Shown: positions 62,301-64,000 of the stretch, piece after piece | Numbering within the stretch: the stretch's first letter is position 1 | How the letters are laid out: each line of letters opens with the position of its first letter | Source of the DNA: Macrostomum hystrix | Taxonomy: Eukaryota > Animalia > Platyhelminthes | Assembly: GCA_950097015.1 (NCBI GenBank) | Contig: CATNEN010000001.1 | Coordinates: 20,398,001-20,462,000, forward strand | Reading direction: 5' to 3' | Length of the DNA stretch: 64,000 nt | Made by a program: the position numbers and the translations under genes | The notes under the pieces: generated by a model | What the model was told of the DNA's origin: nothing | Seen by the model: only the letters and a program-made list of their open reading frames with translations | Database searches by the model: none

Positions 62301-64000
62301 ACTCACTCACTCACCCACTTATTCACTCACTCACTCACTCACTCACTCACTCACTCACTCACTCACTCACTCACTCACTCACTCACTCACTCACTCACTC
62401 ACTCACTCACTCACTCACTCACTCACTCACTCACTCACTCACTCACTCACTCACTCACTCGCTCACTCACTCACTCACTCACTCACTCACTCATTCACTC
62501 ACTCACTCACTCACTCACTCACTCACTCACTCACTCACTCACTCACTCTCTCACTCACTCACTCACTCACTCACTCCTTCACTGCTCACTCACTCACTCA
62601 CTCACTCACTCACTCACTCACCCACTCCGGCAGCAATCCATCCAGCTCCAAGTCGAAGCAGCCCCAGCTGAGCATTGCTCAATTTGTCCGACTGCTCAAC
62701 GAGCGCCAACGTGATCCGCGGCTGAACGAGATTCTCTACCCCTACGCCAACGAGGCCAAGGCCCGCGAGCTCATTCAGAAGTACGAGCCGGATCCCAGTC
62801 TGGCAGCCAAAGGTGAGGCAAAACAACAGCCTGACCGGCTGTTTCCAATCGGATTTTATTTCTCCCATCTCCGCCCTGTCTACCCGCAGACCAGTTGAGC
62901 AGTGCCGGCCTGGAGGCATTCCTTATGTCCACGGACAACAGCCTGATCCCGTGGGATAAACTAGACATCAGCCAGGACATGGATCAGCCTTTGTCGCATT
63001 ATTTCATTAACTCTTCGCATAACACCTACCTGGCTGGTGAGACTGTCACGGCTGGTTGCTTATAACCACCCACCTGTCCTTCAGGTATCCCTCCACCTGT
63101 CCTTCAGGTATCCCTCCACTTGTCCTTCAGGTATCATTCCACCTGTCCTTCAGGTATCACTCCACCTGTCCTTCAGGTATCCTTCCACCTGTCCTTCAGG
63201 TATCCTTCCACCTGTCCTTCAGGTATCCCTCCACCTGTCCTTCAGGTATCCCTCCACCTGTCCTTCAGGTATCACTCCACCTGTCCTTCAGGTATCACTC
63301 CACCTGTCCTTCAGGTATCCTTCTACCTGTCCTTCAGGTATCACTCCACCTGTCCTTCAGGTATCCTTCTACCTGTCCTTCAGGTATCACTCCACCTGTC
63401 CTTCAGGTATCACTCCACCTGTCCTTCAGGTATCCTTCCACCTGTCCTTCAGTTATAACTCCACCTGTCCTTCAGGTATAACTCCACCTGTCCTTCAGGT
63501 ATGACTCAGAAGTGCCACTCCACCTGTCCTTCAGGTATTCCTCTTCTTCATCATTATTTTCCCCCCCATTCCTCAGGCCATCAGCTCACCGGCAAGAGCT
63601 CAGTGGAGATGTACAGGCAGGTTCTACTAACCGGCTGTCGCTGCGTCGAGTTGGACTGCTGGGACGGCAAAGGCGCTGACGAAGAGCCGACTGTCACGCA
63701 TGGCTTCACGATGTGCTCAGAAGTGTCATTCAGGGTGAGTTCGAAACTATCGACCTAGAAATGTCTATGGATTAGCAAAGGCGTCATCAATTAAGTTAAT
63801 ATTTGATTTCTAGGAAACTATGGAGGCAATCGCGGAGACGGCATTCAAAGTTTCAGATTTTCCGGTCATTCTGTCGTTTGAAAATCACTGCTCGTAAGTG
63901 TGAATCTTTCCAATCCGGAAATCTAATTTGGCGTCAAAATGAACTCAAATGCAAAAACTGAAATCCTCAGACCCAAGCAGCAGGCCAAGATGGTGAAATT
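50386..64000 (+). CDS. PLCB1: Phospholipase C-beta (PLCB1/3-, Plc21C-type), 5' part, runs off the window; exons 50386-50484, 57638-57715, 58173-58241, 60063-60215, 61574-61707, 61809-61893, 61976-62076, 62646-62812, 62890-63036, 63577-63734, 63814-63893, 63971->64000
   Basis: [22 protein letters not shown] (cf. MAGAQPGVHALQLKPV). PH domain [14 protein letters not shown]|DPKLRE. EF-hand region [16 protein letters not shown]. Catalytic X domain [48 protein letters not shown]. All junctions GT-AG and in frame. Confidence 0.95.
50570..51645. repeat. 17-bp minisatellite (TCAGTTCTGTACTCAA[G/C])n in PLCB intron 1
   Basis: Tandem degenerate copies. Confidence 0.95.
52278..54581. repeat. 12/13-bp minisatellite (GATCCCATGAC[A]A)n with 112-bp higher-order units
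   Basis: Tandem copies; the CGCAGGTCAA marker recurs every 112 bp at 52371-52830. Confidence 0.96.
55427..55731 (+). mobile_element. tRNA-derived SINE, copy 4
   Basis: Head GGCAGACCGATTAACGCGC..GGAGCTCGATTCCGCGG, full body and perfect (ATT)n tail. Confidence 0.82.
56390..56500 (-). mobile_element. Possible RTE-like LINE 3' fragment
   Basis: [23 protein letters not shown] resembles the post-RT motif R.RL.W.GH..RM...R....YG of RTE elements. Short and degenerate. Confidence 0.3.
56978..57243 (+). mobile_element. tRNA-derived SINE, copy 5
   Basis: GTCGCAGAGCGG..GGGCTCGATTCCGCGGCGAGGCCACATTC..GAGAAGGCTTGGGGGCTTGTC..CTCAGGAGTCAGCGAAATGGGCAG..(ATT)n. Confidence 0.82.
58868..59930. repeat. Compound minisatellite: 20-bp (ACCTGTTAGACACTTGCGTT)n then 23-bp (ACCTGTTAGACAGTGTATTTCAT)n in PLCB intron 3
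   Basis: Abrupt change of unit at about 59060 with the 12-bp core retained. Confidence 0.95.
60571..61478. repeat. 20-bp minisatellite (ACCTGTTAGACACTAGAGTT)n in PLCB intron 4
   Basis: About 45 copies, degenerate at the left edge. Confidence 0.95.
62088..62620. repeat. (TCAC)n microsatellite filling PLCB intron 7
   Basis: About 130 tetranucleotide units starting 12 nt after the donor. Confidence 0.98.
63068..63540. repeat. 23-bp minisatellite (CCACCTGTCCTTCAGGTATCACT)n in PLCB intron 9
   Basis: About 20 tandem copies. Confidence 0.95.

Overview
Eukaryotic (metazoan) genomic DNA with GT-AG introns, GC-rich exons and AT-rich spacers. Roughly a third of the window is tandem minisatellite. This style suggests the free-living flatworm Macrostomum, but that is inference. 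Genes reconstructed by hand: an intronless secreted (YGKYDDK)n Tyr/Lys/Asp protein (-), MOSPD1 (-), ZBBX (+), a compact APP-family gene (-), an unnamed coiled-coil gene (-), PHF5A (-), TRPT1/Tpt1 carrying an extra degenerate copy of its RNA lobe (+), a NIPSNAP3-like pseudogene (-) and the 5' half of a phospholipase C-beta (+). Mobile DNA: five copies of a tRNA-headed SINE, a hAT transposase relic, a hAT/Charlie-type MITE and a foldback element. The most notable observations are: the double-RNA-lobe Tpt1; the eggshell/cement-like heptad protein; minisatellites of different periods that share a core resembling fused splice signals (CTAAC-AG|GT); a SINE flanked by a 61-bp duplication of an exon end plus donor; and splice acceptors just upstream of most start codons, suggesting SL trans-splicing and a possible PHF5A/coiled-coil/APP operon. 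No CRISPR array, rRNA or bona fide tRNA gene was found.
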